NCBI GenBank assembly: GCA_002633005.1
Contig: NMRA01000153.1
Coordinates: 560,580-624,579 of the forward strand
From: Phoronis australis
Lineage: Eukaryota > Animalia > Phoronida
Reading direction: 5' to 3'
DNA: 64,000 bases
Under the pieces are notes generated by a model. It was not told where the DNA came from and made no database searches. It saw only the letters and a list, made by a program, of their open reading frames with translations. Made by a program: the position numbers and the translations under genes. Below are positions 24,310 to 37,888 of the stretch, in pieces. The first letter of the stretch is position 1. Every line of letters starts with the position of its first letter.

Positions 24310-24542
24310 GGGCCCGTTGCAAGAAAACTGACGTAGCTAAAACAAATCTTAAATTTAAGCCAATTTTAAGATAAAACTTAAATTTTCTCAAATCCATTTC
24401 AAGAAAGAGGTCTTAGGTTTGACTCAAGTTTTGCCTTAATTTGGCTATATTACCAGATATGAAAGTTTCAAAGTTTGGAAATTGAGACAAATCTTAGACT
24501 TAAGTTAATAATGAACTTAAGTCAGCTTCTTGGAACGGGCCC
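24310..24542. mobile_element. Harbinger-type MITE
   Basis: TIR GGGCCCGTTGCAAGAA / TTCTTGGAACGGGCCC with CTG TSD; an inverted sister copy lies at 41410-41646. Confidence 0.8.
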
Positions 24543-26154
24543 CTGGTCGCTTGTTATTCGTTGATACTATGGTCGGCTCGTAAAATGACACGTTGTGTAT
24601 AGTAGAGGCTGATTTCAACCAATAACGAACTGACTTCTGTCGAAGCCCTGGAACCATTACCAATATGGTTAAGGTGGAATTTTAAACCAATTTCATAAAG
24701 TTAAGTGGTCAAAATCAAAAGTTAAGTTTTTGTACTGGAACAATTCAGGGTACGCTGTAATAGTTGTGAGACATGGATGTTCGCACAATCGTAACGGCGA
24801 CGGCAATTTCAAACACATGAGAAACGTTGCCCTCGTAAATACGCCACAACAAATTCTAAAATTTTGTTAACCCGGTCAAAATGGTTGTGAAAGCTTTCGC
24901 CGATATCGTGCAAAACAATAACAGCATTTTTGCCTTCTGTTTTTAAGCCAGTCTCAGTCATATCAAATATTTGATTTACTGATTTTATGTTGCATCACCT
25001 CCTAGAGCACCTCGCGGACATCAACTTCTTATTTGCATTTTTTGTGAAGAAAGTGAAGTGCAAAAGTGAAAAATGAACCATAAAATAACCAAAGCCATCT
25101 TGAAAATCATGTATGGTACAAAATACATGTTTATTCTCCTGGAGCTATTACTAGAGTATTGTTTTTGGACATTATCACTGAACTCGAAATTTACCGTACA
25201 ATTGTGCCTGGCAAAGTGAGATAGCAAGAAAAGCGAAACCCGGAGGTCACGTGGTTCACCAGGAAAGCGTACGGTCGTTTCAGTGTCTCGCAAATTTTTG
25301 CGAAAACTAAAGCAAAAGAACAACATAATCATGTTAAGAAATATTATTTATCGAAAAGCATCAAATAACTCGTGTAACGATTCAACTTCGCGCGTTTCAT
25401 TTATTTTGCCTGTTATGTGTTTTTACTGTAGCAATGGTTGGAGTTGGTATCATGTTTATGCTGTGCAGACGTTGCTGCCGGGATTGAACAAAAGACAAAT
25501 TATAAGAACTCTTGTGTTATAAATATCAAAACTATATTGTATCCATCGGAGAGCATTATACAAAATAATGGTTTCCAAAGATAGCCCATTAATATTACAA
25601 ATTTTGTAAAATATAGATATGGAATTGACTTTCAATTATTTTTAGCTGCGTACCACCAACTATACAATCATACACTCTGTCACATTGCCGCTAGAAGGAG
25701 TGGCACTGTGCATCCTTGAGGTGGAAACTGGATGAGCAAACTGAGTTATCTCCCGTATTTATTGACACTGTCGAAATATAATATTATGCTTAGTGACTGT
25801 TGTTACACAGCCTATGATATTTTAGCAATTGTAATCGTTGTGTGTCTACTTCTCAATGAAAGTGCACATGACAAATACAGGATGTCAAGAGGGGAGCCGT
25901 TAACACTTGTGTCACAAGGACAGGCGATCCGGACATCATCTAAAGTTTGCCTTTTAACGAGAACCAGGGGTCCATTTCTTAACCGGTATGAAACTCGTGA
26001 GAAAAGATAGTGAGATCAGATGCTTCGCTTTGATGCATGGTGACATCTCGAGAATGCTCGTCTTGTCTCGCTAAACTCGCAAGAAGCTAGCCTTACGGAA
26101 GGCAGCCCTGACTTGCTTTAATGGACCGTCGAAGGCACTGCATTAAGGATACTA

Positions 26155-26514
26155 TCAGTCATAATCGGGCTTATAACCGAACACAAACGCTACCAAACAG
26201 ATGCATACAATCATAAAAACAAGAAGAAAAAATCTGTCTAATACCATGGCCACTAGGTGCCAGTCTTCTTCTAGTTTCTCGTTGGCCTGGCGCTCTTGAC
26301 TGACCCCTAGCAACTTTTCAGTGTTCTGTGCTATCTGCTGGAGGTCACGATTTCTAAAATCCCTGACTTTCGTGTAACCATTATGGTGGCCATTTATAGC
26401 CTCTTCACATGTGAATATGTGTCTAGTAAACTGGATGTTGCCATTTTCGTGTGCTTTCTCGTTACTGTAGACCGACTCTGTGGAGGGGTGTCGTCTGCGT
26501 TGATAACCAGCTAC
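26155..26514 (-). CDS. nAChR alpha subunit, last exon (intracellular loop, MA helix, TM4)
   Basis: cag|VAGYQRRR...LEEDWHLVAMVLDRFFLLVFMIVCICLVAFVFGYKPDYD*. Confidence 0.92.
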   Translation of the reverse strand, partial: VAGYQRRRHPSTESVYSNEKAHENGNIQFTRHIFTCEEAINGHHNGYTKVRDFRNRDLQQIAQNTEKLLGVSQERQANEKLEEDWHLVAMVLDRFFLLVFMIVCICLVAFVFGYKPDYD

Positions 26515-26619
26515 CTGTGAACACGTAGAAGGTTGGCTAGTGCACACAATGATTTCAAAACGGAAACAGTTCTGATAATCCAACGTCCAAAATTTCATTT
26601 CTTTTCGTATTCGTCTGTT

Positions 26620-27090
26620 TCTCTGAAGCTGTTTATCGTATTTTTATGAAATTTGGTTAATAGCATTCTATTGAAACGATGACGTTTCTGTTTTCACCGG
26701 ATGGGTTCGACATCTTTTGCGCCATCTAGTGGCAATTCTTTTCTGTTTTTAGTCTATTTTTGGCAACCGCCCCTGTATCAAACAAACCGCTCCCTTGTGA
26801 AAATTAGCGCATATTATGTTCTTACCTAGGACCAATATTACTCCCAGGTTCTTACTGTGAAGAGGACGGTTGCTAACGACGATTTTCCGATGACTTCAAT
26901 TACTATGGCGCCTACTAGTGGCGGTTATGTTTTTGCGCCCATAGCCTCCTAGTGGCAATTTCATTTTTTCCGTTTTCCTCGATTTCTCAGAAGTTCCTTG
27001 ACGGATTTGTATGAAATTTGGTAAATAGCTTTGATAATACCAGTTTTCGAATGGATTTGACGTATTTTGCGCCATCCGTTGCTCTTGGTA
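26620..27090 (+). mobile_element. Truncated copy of the HINE family at 12060-13607, in the last nAChR intron
   Basis: Same monomers (ATGAAATTTGGT..GATGACG..GCGCCATCTAGTGGC; CAAACCGCTC..GAGGACGGTTG) and the same 3' end CGTTGCTCTTG. Confidence 0.8.
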
Positions 27091-27396
27091 TTCGATTTCG
27101 CCACGTCTCGCTCCTCAGAGAGCTTTCATCTTTCGGTAACGCAAAAAGAATACTGTCACAGGAAGGAATGTAGTAAAACCGATTTTATGCGAGTAAAATA
27201 CCTAATTCAATTTTCCTTTTTTTAGTCAGCTAATCATGGCGAAATGCACCTTTAATACTACGCCATCTTGACATTTCGAGCAAACTTACTGCTTTGTAAG
27301 AAGTACAAGGCTCAGGCCATGTTGTCAACATTAGGAGAAAAAAACACGTTAAGCCACGTTGTACGGGGTCATTTCAATGGAATGTAGTTTACTTAC

Positions 27397-27590
27397 TTTT
27401 CCCGATGTCCAAAAGCCGTAACTCTTCACCAACTTCTTCTTGAAGACGATAACCGCCAGACAGTAAGCCAGTTTTTTCAGCCAATCGGGCACTTCTCTTC
27501 CGTGTGTTCCGCGATAGTACACGCCCAGAATCAACACTGTCGCACTCGATGACGCCGCCACTAGCATGATGGCCACGGCAAAAATCCAAC
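27397..27590 (-). CDS. nAChR alpha subunit, TM3 exon
   Basis: aag|(G)WIFAVAIMLVAASSSATVLILGVYYRGTHGREVPDWLKK...SGK|gtaagt. Confidence 0.9.
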
Positions 27591-27767
27591 CTTAGACAAA
27601 AAGTAAGAGTTGAATTTCATTTGGTAACCACGTGGCAGAAAACATGAAATGCTAGACAGAGTCTTACCGGGTACCTAACCTGATAATCGGGTTCTTTGTC
27701 CCAAGGACAGTGTTGAGTGTATTCTAGCCGTGTAAGCTGATACACTGACTGTTGCATGTATACTAAG

Positions 27768-28007
27768 TCATCACGAGAAGCGAAAACGTAAGATCACGCA
27801 AGTCTTTGCGAGATATCGCCATGTGAATTACAAGCAAGGCACATGATCACACTAGTTTTACTATCGAGATTCTAGACACATCACGCTCGCGAAAACACAA
27901 GATCACGCAAGTCTGCTAGATATCACCATGCATTACAAGCAAAGCAACATGATAACACTAGCTTTACTCTCGAGATTCTTGCGTCTACGGAACTCGTGTA
28001 CCCCAGG
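27768..28007. repeat. Two ~110-bp tandem units of a MITE-like family (related pieces at ~25966-26110 and ~48130-48345)
   Basis: GCGAAAAC..AAGATCACGCAAGTCT..ATTACAAGCAA..ACACTAG occurs twice; the end GCGTCTACGGAAC is shared with ~48325. Confidence 0.6.
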
Positions 28008-28100
28008 CTGAGTGATCTCTTAAATGCATTTCTTTGAATGCCAACTTATGGGACCGTTAATTCGTTGATCGCCCGAACGTTCCATACAAAAACATTAGGA

Positions 28101-28180
28101 CATGGGCGGCGTAGCTCTGAAATTAGTGGGGTCTGTGTAGCTCACCCCACTGGCCAGCCCCCTATGATGCGCCGCCCATG
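28101..28180. mobile_element. 80-bp MITE
   Basis: TIR CATGGGCGGCG / CGCCGCCCATG with 5-bp TSD TAGGA. Confidence 0.8.
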
Positions 28181-28300
28181 TAGGACCGGGACTAAGAGTT
28201 CAGGGACAGTGAGTCCGAGCCTTTTTACACGGGATCCATTTCGGCCCATAGTTATAGTCCAAGAATGACCAATAAAAGAAGTACCCAGTCGCAAACTTAC

Positions 28301-28566
28301 CTATTAGCGGTATGGACTCCGAGCTGGCGGGCATGGACTCGGCTACGATTAGCATGAAGACAGTGAGCGACAGTAGAATAGTGATACTGAGTGACACCTT
28401 CTCTCCGGAAGCCGGCGGTAAGTAGAAGCCTACGATAGTTATGGCTGTGATGACGACACAAGGCAGAAGAAGATTGAATAAGTAGTACAGCGAGCGCCTC
28501 CGCATGACGATAGTGAAGTCCAAGGTTGGATACGGTTCTGTGCAGCATGCGTAGTAAGCCACATTT
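28301..28566 (-). CDS. nAChR alpha subunit, loop C, TM1 and TM2 exon
   Basis: cag|(R)[36 protein letters not shown]...[35 protein letters not shown](G)|gtaagt. The vicinal CC marks an alpha subunit and GEK indicates a cation channel. Confidence 0.97.
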
Positions 28567-29764
28567 CTGAAAAAGACAAGTCTGCTTTCTGAGATTTTTC
28601 GACTACTTCTCTTCTGGGCTGGGAAAGATTTCTTTTCGGATGCAACTGAATATGTGAACCATCGCCTGCTACCTGGGGTGTGTTCAGCAGACGCGCAAAA
28701 ATCTCCAGAAAAAACAATGAATACCACACACTTTAAGAAGGCAAATCAGATGTATGACGTTTCAAACGTTGGATCAGATGTCCAGTTTTCCTTCTGATAG
28801 TGCGAGTGAAATTACTTTGCTTGCATTCCGAGGCGGATCAACCGTTATTTTGCCAATTGGAACATTGCCGTGGTTCACCTAGAGACAATAGGGGATCATA
28901 ACTTTGGCATATCAATGAGGGCATTTCCGTATAAATCCAGTAGGTATCTTCAATGAAAGTATTCGTCTGAGGAAATTGCGCTATACCCGGAACATCAGGA
29001 CTGAATTGCATGTGACCTTGGTAATATATTCATGCTATAGAAATAGACACCCAAGCAAAATATTTGCTTTCAACATATATAGTCATTTATTTTCAGCTAA
29101 ATTTCGCTTATGTTTGGCTTCATTTTTAGCAAATTCAAACCAACCGAGATTACACACCGCGAATTTATGTAAAAAGTAATTAATATCCAAGGAAAGAAAG
29201 GGTCATGGGCTCAAAAAAGAAAATTTCAGAAAATCTGAGCTTCTCTAGATTTTATTTGAATGTTTTGAGCTGAGTAACCACTGGTAATTTCAGCCAAAGC
29301 CAGAACTCGCCAGCTAAAAAACATACACCGTTTCATTCCACACTTATAATGTGACTTATAAAAACCGCATTCGATTCATTGTGCATTGTCATGTGCCAAA
29401 TGTGCGAGTTATTCGAGACGACTTCAACTACCGCACATGGCAAATCTTGGTCTGTCATTTTGACGACTTTCGATTTTCGATGCCTTTTGGTAATTTAAAA
29501 CATCATCTAACTTTCTTTAACGCTAGGGTACATTTGCCAAACCTGCACACCTACTTTCATAATCTATGGCCGATAGAATAAACGTCTTATATTTTACTTA
29601 CTTTGAAATATCACCTAGTATCCGTAACTTTTTGGAAATTGCTTTGCATTCTTTGAGTGTAAATCAAATATTTTTACAAATCACTGATATATCATTGACC
29701 AAGACAGTCCCTGTTATTTCGTTTTTGACCGTCAGAACATCTCGCGTACCCGTCGCGCCTGGTG

Positions 29765-29920
29765 CAGTGCTGTAGTGGTAAATTAAGAGGTAAGTAGGCG
29801 CCCAAAGCCCACCGTACCACTTTGAGCACTGAACGTAACTTACGATGCGTAGGCGCTACGTTCAAATGCCAAAAGGTGGTTGGCTGCGTCTACATGCGCC
29901 TACGCCCCACTACAGCACTG
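29765..29920. mobile_element. hAT MITE (156 bp)
   Basis: TIR CAGTGCTGTAGTGG / CCACTACAGCACTG with a perfect 8-bp TSD GCCTGGTG. Confidence 0.9.
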
Positions 29921-30054
29921 GCCTGGTGCCGGTAAGTTTCTTTGCGTACGCGCATGCAAAGTTTCAATTCACCAAGGGATTTGTCAGCGAGATAAGTTCG
30001 ACACTAGTTACAGGTATAAGGAGCATTTCAACTTCGAGATAGCTATTTTGATGC

Positions 30055-31790
30055 ATTCAAAGAAATTGGTCAAAAATGTCATAGAAGCCTCAGGGTGGAT
30101 TCGAACTTGCTACACCTGTACTCGCAGACTAAGGCTCTGCTGGCAGACTTCTTAAGTTCTCTTGATAAGTGGTACAGAATTTTAAGTACAACTGCTAGTC
30201 ACTGGTTTTGATTTCAGCAAATGTTTGGTAGACAACTACGAAAAAATCCAACGGATTTTCTTTTTTTACAGCCGTAGTCAAAGCTATTAAAGTATATCCA
30301 ATCAAACAGTCAGCCGTAAAACCTATAATGTCCAACGGTCCCACCATCGAAGGCGACGCCGTTGCCAATCCCAGCACCAATGACAACAATGACAAAGACG
30401 ATGCAGTCGAACTCACAAGGTACACGACTCAAACAACGGAAGATGACGTCACCCGCTGGGTGTGTAGGCCTACTGTGCCAGCGACAATGACGATACAATG
30501 AATTCCCCCGACATCAATGATTCTAGTCGTATTAGTCAACTGTTCCACTATTGGCGGGACCAAAGAGAGACTGTTATGCTATTTGAAGATGCGTTCATCC
30601 GCCCCGCCACTCCGTCAAAATNTCAAAGAAATTGGTCAAAAATGTCATAGAAGCGTGATTGTAAACAACCGCACGCGTGCTCAAGTGTACATCAAGAGCG
30701 TCTGGTGGATTTACGAGCGCAAAACAATTCGCCCGCAAAACGTGTCTCTAAGAAAACGACTTCTTCAGCAACTTTAACTGCGTTTTAATAAGTACACATA
30801 TTTTGTTTCACATGCCGAGAATTTTGCTGTCGAATATACTTTTGGTCAACAAACCCTATATAAACCCAGTTACAAGTCTTTGAATATTGTGTAGCCCTGC
30901 AGGGTATCTGATGGCATGGCAAGCGTAAAAAAATTGAAACACATTTCCAAGTTCACGTCTGCACCTGAACACAACAGAAATGAAAGTGTTCGGAGGAGCG
31001 CCACTTGGCGAAATCGACTGAAGAAATAAAACCCACCACAGAGACAATGACGCCAAGGACGATCACGATCTGTACACATGAACACCCACATACTAGAACA
31101 CTCTGTACGGTAATACTGAGGACAACATCGAAGCGAATGAAAGCGCCAAAGACACCACGACCGAAGCATTGCGGGAACAGTGTAAACGCCTTCGACAATG
31201 ACGTTTAAAGTGACATTATCGTCGGGAAAAGTACTTTTAAATTTATTCGATCAGCCTCAGGGTGGATTCCAACTTGCTACACCTGTACTCGCAGACTAAG
31301 GCTCTGCTGGCAGACTTCTTAAGTTCTCTTGATAAATGGTACAGAATTTTAAGTACAACTGCTAGTCACTGGATTTGATTTCAGCAAATGTTTGGTAGAC
31401 AACTACGAAAAAATCCAACGGATTTTCTTTTTTTACAGCCGTAGTCAAAGCTATTAAAGTCCATCCAATCAAACAGTCAGCCGTAAAACCTATAATGTCC
31501 AACGGTCCCACCATCGAAGGCGACGCCGTTGCCAATCCCAGCACCAATGACAACAATGACAAAGACGATGCAGTCGAACTCACAAGGTACACGACTCAAA
31601 CAACGGAAGATGACGTCACCCGCTGGGTGTGTAGGCCTACTGTGCCAGCGACAATGACGATACAATGAATTCCCCCGACATCAATGATTCTAGTCGTATT
31701 AGTCAACTGTTCCACTATTGGCGGGACCAAAGAGAGACTGTTATGCTATTTGAAGATGCGTTCATCCGCCCCGCCACTCCGTCAAAATGT
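30055..31790. repeat. Near-identical ~535-bp direct duplication (30087-30620 and 31254-31788) associated with N gaps
   Basis: The copies differ by few substitutions. There are N bases at 30622 and 31919, and the flank TCAAAGAAATTGGTCAAAAATGTCATAGAAGC is re-entered right after the first N. Confidence 0.85.
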
Positions 31791-32199
31791 CCTGCTTTTT
31801 GAAATTGTCCCGCCTGTTACAAAAATGACGTGCTATCGTATATTACCGTTATTTCCCATGCGATATAGCCCTAATTTCCCGATGGATTAAAATGCTGTAG
31901 CGAAATATTCCGTTTGGCNTCCAGGTTGGACTCGAAAGACCGGCTATTTAACTCACGCAATGTCTACTTTCGCTTTGTTTATCGCAGTGAGCCTCGCTTT
32001 GGATCTTAATGGCCGCCGCGTGAATAGGGTCTATGGGCATTTAGTTGATGTTAGTACTTCGGGTTTCAAGTGTTCAGACATTGGGGCGTTTATTTCGAAA
32101 ATTGCAAGAGATGCAAATAGGTCGAACGCTGGAATACATCGTCAAGGTTTGAAATAGTCCATGATGAACAGATCAAATTTAGTTGCGCGTGTAAGTCTT

Positions 32200-32432
32200 T
32201 TGAATGGACTTGGTTGGCAACCTCAAGGGTCTTAGTGCCAACTGAGCTGCGAAACGAGATGCTGACATTGTAGAGGCTTACCAGCTCATTGACACAGCAG
32301 TTGACGAAGTGCAAGCGTTGGGAACAAACATCGAAGATATCTGGGTAGAATGGTTCCAAGAGGAGCAAACCATTGAATCCAATGTACAGATTCCTCGGCA
32401 GTCTAGACACCAGAAGGATAGGACTAACGTAT
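32200..32432 (+). mobile_element. hAT (PRKRIR/ZMYM-like) transposase remnant
   Basis: KRDADIVEAYQLIDTAVDEVQALGTNIEDIWVEWFQE...PRQSRHQKDRTNV. Confidence 0.6.
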
Positions 32433-35400
32433 GGGGATTAAAAAGTGTCTAGAGAGAAGTTTTCAATTCAATTTTTTTTTGCATAGTACACTTTAGGTCT
32501 CGCAACGGACCAGGCCAGCTTGATTTGTGTAGATGTTGAGTTTCAGTGTACATCTGGTCCCTCTGCAACCTCGTCCAGTATATCTTTGCACCACTGTGCA
32601 CAGGATGTTTTGGTTTCGTGAAACTGTTTTCAGATGATTTGTTTCCTGATACATTTGACGTTTTTCAATTGTTGTCAACGTGATTAATCTTAATAAAGTG
32701 ATACTTAATTATTTATTTTCGCTTTTAATAATAGACTATGAGCTGAGAGCACCATCGTTCGCCAGTGTTTCTCGTAACGAGACAGAACACATGTTTATTT
32801 CCGGACTAACAGTACAGGTTTTCGTTCTTGAGGCTGCTGTTACGCGATAATCTGATATTCAAGTTTTTACGCCCCGTCGGTGCTCCTTATGCTCTTGAAT
32901 ATTTGGAAGCTGTCTAAACCCCTGTATACACACCACACTTTTTCGTATACGACTTTTCGTATGCTAAAAAGGTGTGTGTAAGCAGATGTTCCAACAAAAA
33001 AATTTTGCTGCTGGCGTGACTCATACCCAGATGTGCACAACAGGGTTTCACGAAACTTATGAACCAAGTTCATGTGACGAAATCGAGACGGGTTTTTCAT
33101 TATCTTAAGAAAAACTCCAGAGACATGTCAAGTGCCAGAAACTTACCAGGATGCATGGAAATTTCACTATTTGGCTACAAAAACAAAAAAAGAATGTCTT
33201 ACACGGGAGGGGGGAAACCGCCCCTCTCGGCGTCACACACCTACGATTCGACCTTTGCGGGAATCCTAACCCCCCCCTTTACTGAAAACGTAGATCCGCC
33301 ACTGCATTGTATTCGGATGTCCCGGTTTTCAACCAATGTCTCTTCCATTTTACACTCTTTCACAGTGCTAGGAAATGTAACACTGTTAAATTTTCTTTAG
33401 CATGGCTTCTCATTGGTTAAAGTAATGAGACCCACGTCATAACATTCAGTCATTCCCATTGGTTGAAATCTGAGAAACCCCGCTCAGTTCACATTTACCG
33501 AGTAGGGCGACCACCTAAGTTTGACTTCAATAGTTACATTTTATTAAAACGGACAGGGATCGATGTAAACAAAATCAAGGAAAAACCCCGACCCAGTGGC
33601 TTAAGCCCAAACAAGTACAGTATATAAAGACGTGAGCAAGTGGTGGCGATGTTATCGGTATACTTCCGACCAAGGCATGCGCATTGATGCCCACACACGT
33701 AATTCCGTGTGTCGTTCATCATGTTTCTGCAGGGCCAATTACAGTATAGGTGGCGCTGTGTTAGAGGGTACTTCCATTCTAGAATATTAGTAGGTATGCC
33801 TTTTTTATTGACGGTGCCACCAACAATGCAGTTATCGTTGACTACGACATGGACGATTATTGATTGAACTCATAGGTCAAACAATGCATGCCCTTTCTAC
33901 GAGCATGAGGGCGCCATGCTAAACCATGCTTGTAACCTCGCGGTCAGTATGATATGAATGTGGAACGATCCCCTGGGCAATGTTAGTTTATATCGACCAG
34001 CATTTTTTTCTCAATCAAAGTCAGTAGTGGACTGGATTCAGTTGGGATACACACATAACTCAGCTCCGGATGTTGTCGCAGTAGTGAAAATGGGCTTGAT
34101 TAGTATTCGGAACACTTTTCGAAGTCTCAACTACTGGACTGGGCTCCGTAGACCTACAGACGTTTGCTTTTGCAGCAAAAAATCTTCATAGAACGGAAAC
34201 ATTGACTTCATCCCATAATTCAAAATTTCAACTTCGCCAACCATCCCTTCAGTGGCCATCATTTTGTAGTATTGAAATTCATAGCATACTCGTGAATGAA
34301 TCACTTACCTTTCACTCGCGAGATTTTGCGTGGTTTTGCGCGATCTCACTTTTCTCGCAAGAAACTTCGTTTTCACATTTGAGGGGAAATTTGAAGATAC
34401 TAAAATAGCCGAGGTTGTCCGCATGGGGTTTGATGGGACAAAGCCATTACTCGCAAAACACTTAAAACTGGACCTAACAGTTATTTTGTATTCCTCAAGC
34501 TATGGTTTGAAGAGCATCTTGTGCAGAGACTAACCCACAATGAAACAAGATTTATTTTTAAGTCACATAAGATGAGGCGTACATAACAAATAACACATGC
34601 TTGATAATTTTCCTCTATTGATATCACAGTTCACGACCCGCCAGTACTGCTTTCATTAATGTTGCACTCCTCAGAGTTGATGTATTCCACTGGCAACAAA
34701 AAGTCGATTTCGCCGCACTGCTGCACTTGTTGAACCCGGATATATATTTATTGAAAAATACACAGAACAAACACAAAAATAATGACAAACCCAGAAATCG
34801 CAAAGCCTTGTATCTGGGTTGTAGACAATTCATAGATGGACGTAATACACATAGAGGTGTATACATGTAAGTGACATCTAATATAAATATTCCAATATTT
34901 AGATATGCTGTTACGAACGTATATCATAAACCCGGATCCTAGATAGGCCCTGGGCTTTTTCCACAGGAGGCTTATAACACCAGTTCACTGACCATTTTTT
35001 GGGGGGATTTTGTTTTGCTGTTTTTGATACCACAAACTAACGTATTCTATAAAAGCAATAAGTCTTGTGTTCAAACTACCGCATTGTCAGGAAATTTGAA
35101 TTTTAAATTTGTCTAATTCTGCAAAGTTTACAAAAAATAGAACACTTTATAAACAATGAAATTAGATACTGAAAATAATGGGTCTCCTTATTTCTTCATT
35201 TTAAAATGAAAATTTAAAACAAATTTCTGAATAAATAAAGATCACTATAAACCCTTGTTCCGTCAAACAAATGACTTTTGATTTAGACCAGTTGTCACTA
35301 CAAATTTGACACTAAAGTTTTCCTTACTCAGATTAGAGACAATCATGCCGGCGCTCGGGAAAAACCAACTGTTTGTTATTTCTTCAGACCGAGCTCGTGA

Positions 35401-36725
35401 GATTTCGCGAAATCACGCGTGACTTGAAATTTTCTGAACTTCCTCTAAAAAAATTGTTAGCTGTCAGTTCTTCCAGAGCGCGGAGGTCACAACATAAATC
35501 CAAATTTTTAATGTTAAGAAATCGAAACCAGATAGAGGAAACAGGTTTGAAGCAGAGCAAAAAGAAAAAAGATGACCTGGATAACGCCTTCTGTTGTCCG
35601 CTTTCGACCAAGAATATAAGGCCTAGAGCTATCAACGAGTCACATACAGTGTGCATAGTTCACGTCGATCGGAATAGAAATGCGACCTGTAGCACTCGTT
35701 CAAACAATAAAGTCGAGACAACCATTAACAAATAACAAATCAAACGAATTAATTCGAGATCAACGAAAAATAATCTACTTGAATTCACCGCACAGTAAAC
35801 GGAGTGAACTAGTTACTTTTATTAGGATAGCAGCACACGTTTGTAACCCTTATTAGATGATTAGAACATGTTATAACGACGCCACCAGTACCCACAGGTT
35901 AATTCTAACGAAATCCGTAGGCAAAAAAATCAGAAAAAATCCTCACTTGTCATGAACTGGAGCCGAGTGATACTCCGCCATTTTAGAATAATATAATAAT
36001 ATTGCCGCTAAGTCGGAAGTGAGATTGAATAACAAGGTCATCTATTCGACTGTGCTAAGCGTGTTTTACAGGGAGAAAGTTAACTCTTATAAACAGTATC
36101 AACATAACAACGAACGTGCAATATCTGAATAATTGAGTAAAATTGCTACACAGAAAGAATATTCTGACAAATTGCAAAAATAGTGAAAATAAAGCACAGG
36201 GGAAAACAAAGATACCGGTGGTTTCGGGCGATTTTGTTAGGCCGACGACTGCCTAAGCAATGAGCGACGGCGAAATATCTTCACAAAAAACTTGGTATGC
36301 TGCCAAATAGTATTTTAAATTCATTTAAATGTTTTTAAATTAAACAGAAGAATTATCATTCACCTGAAGCATTAGTATAAGCCGTACTACCGGAGCCTGA
36401 CCGCCAGCCTGGCCGCGGACATCACTGCTCGAGGATAATGTGATCTCGGCAGAGATACAAGACTATGCTAAAAACGCTTTTAGTTTGATAACAGAAAAGA
36501 GCCAAACATTATACCATGTTACATATTGCTTAATTTGGTATATATTTTCGAGTTTTTGAACTAGATTAACGCTTAGAGATAAGCACTTTAACCTGTTGCA
36601 GTACGAAGGGAACTAATGCCATAATTTCCCCTACCGTCTAATGGTAGAAAGAGTGAAGAGTTTGACGGAGTCCAATTTCTTTGCGACACCTTGCCATAAA
36701 ATAGGATTTTACTTTATATATTTAC

Positions 36726-36995
36726 CTCTTTGTTGGCATGCCGATTATTTCCCATTCGCCGGTGCCCACGAAAATCGACGTGTCGCCGGTGGCAGACCTG
36801 TTTGTGATATCCACTTGAGTGCCGTCATACGTCCAAGAACCGAATGTTAGCTTGCAATTCTGTTGATCGTACGGGAATTGTGAAATGTCTATGATGCACG
36901 TCGTCTTGAATAAGGCAGGATATAACCACATGGTACTGCCGTCAGAGAAGACCTGAACGTTGAACATCATTTGGTGGGTGATTTCGGAACTTGCG
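36726..36995 (-). CDS. nAChR alpha subunit, Cys-loop and loop B exon
   Basis: tag|(F)ASSEITHQMMFNVQVFSDGSTMWLYPALFKTTCIIDISQFPYDQQNCKLTFGSWTYDG...GEWEIIGMPTK(R)|gtaaat. Confidence 0.97.
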
Positions 36996-37888
36996 CTAAA
37001 AGAGTAGAATTGTAAATATTATTTTTATATCATATTTACACTATACTGGATAGAAGAAAAATGTTAAATGTGTTTGTTCATGTGACCGGGTTGCCCCAGC
37101 AACAGCCTGCCCCTTCGGAGCCCACAAAATATAAATATTGGCTAAAATGAATAAGGACGAGATGTGTCTGCAGACGAAATAGTTAAGCCGCCTGGGCGCG
37201 CAAAAGATGGCCAGTATGAAAATGGGTCGGATGTGCAGCAATGTTCTCTTTTGTTGTAAGACAGAGTGTGTAGTCTTCCGAGGCCACGACGTGGCACAGG
37301 TTCTATCACTGGCGGATCTAGGATATCACAAAGGGGCCCCAACCACTATTTCGGAAGGGAAATGTTAGCGTTATTTTTTTAAACGTCTTGTTGGCGGCGT
37401 TTTCTTTTTGGTCAGATGTCCGAGCCACCTGCCCCCTTAAATCCGTCTTTGTTTATGATGATGCTGCCAAACACTTCCAAAGCTCCGCCCTGCTCCAGTG
37501 TGGTTAAAAGATGTACACAGCAGCTACGAGATTTCTTTCAATGGCGGGCTTTCAGTGACAACACAGCCCACTCATTATGGGTTAACACTGGGCACCTCAT
37601 TTCGATATCAGTGTTTTGAAAGAAAAATTTCACCGCATTACAATACTATTTCCGGAATAATAAAGAAATGGAGAAAAATCTTTCAAACGTTGATGAAACA
37701 GAAAACCAAAAACCAATACAAAGCTGAATGAAACATGTTGATGTGATCTGCATCTTTCCACCACGTTGCTTCAATTATAACAATATTTTCAGTAAATGTA
37801 CAAAAACTCAACTGAGATTCTTTGAAAAAGGCGTGCAATAGACATTTTCTAAGGCCTGTAATCATCCTAATAGTTACGCTATACTCAC

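Noticed and set aside
30087-30150. tRNA/SINE head on - strand (GTTCGAATCC B box)
   Set aside because: Only the B box is evident, with no convincing A box or cloverleaf.
30195-31592. Duplicated small membrane-protein ORFs (MYLVSSTASSLSLL...)
   Set aside because: No recognisable domain, a non-ATG start, and the duplication coincides with N gaps (likely a haplotype artefact).
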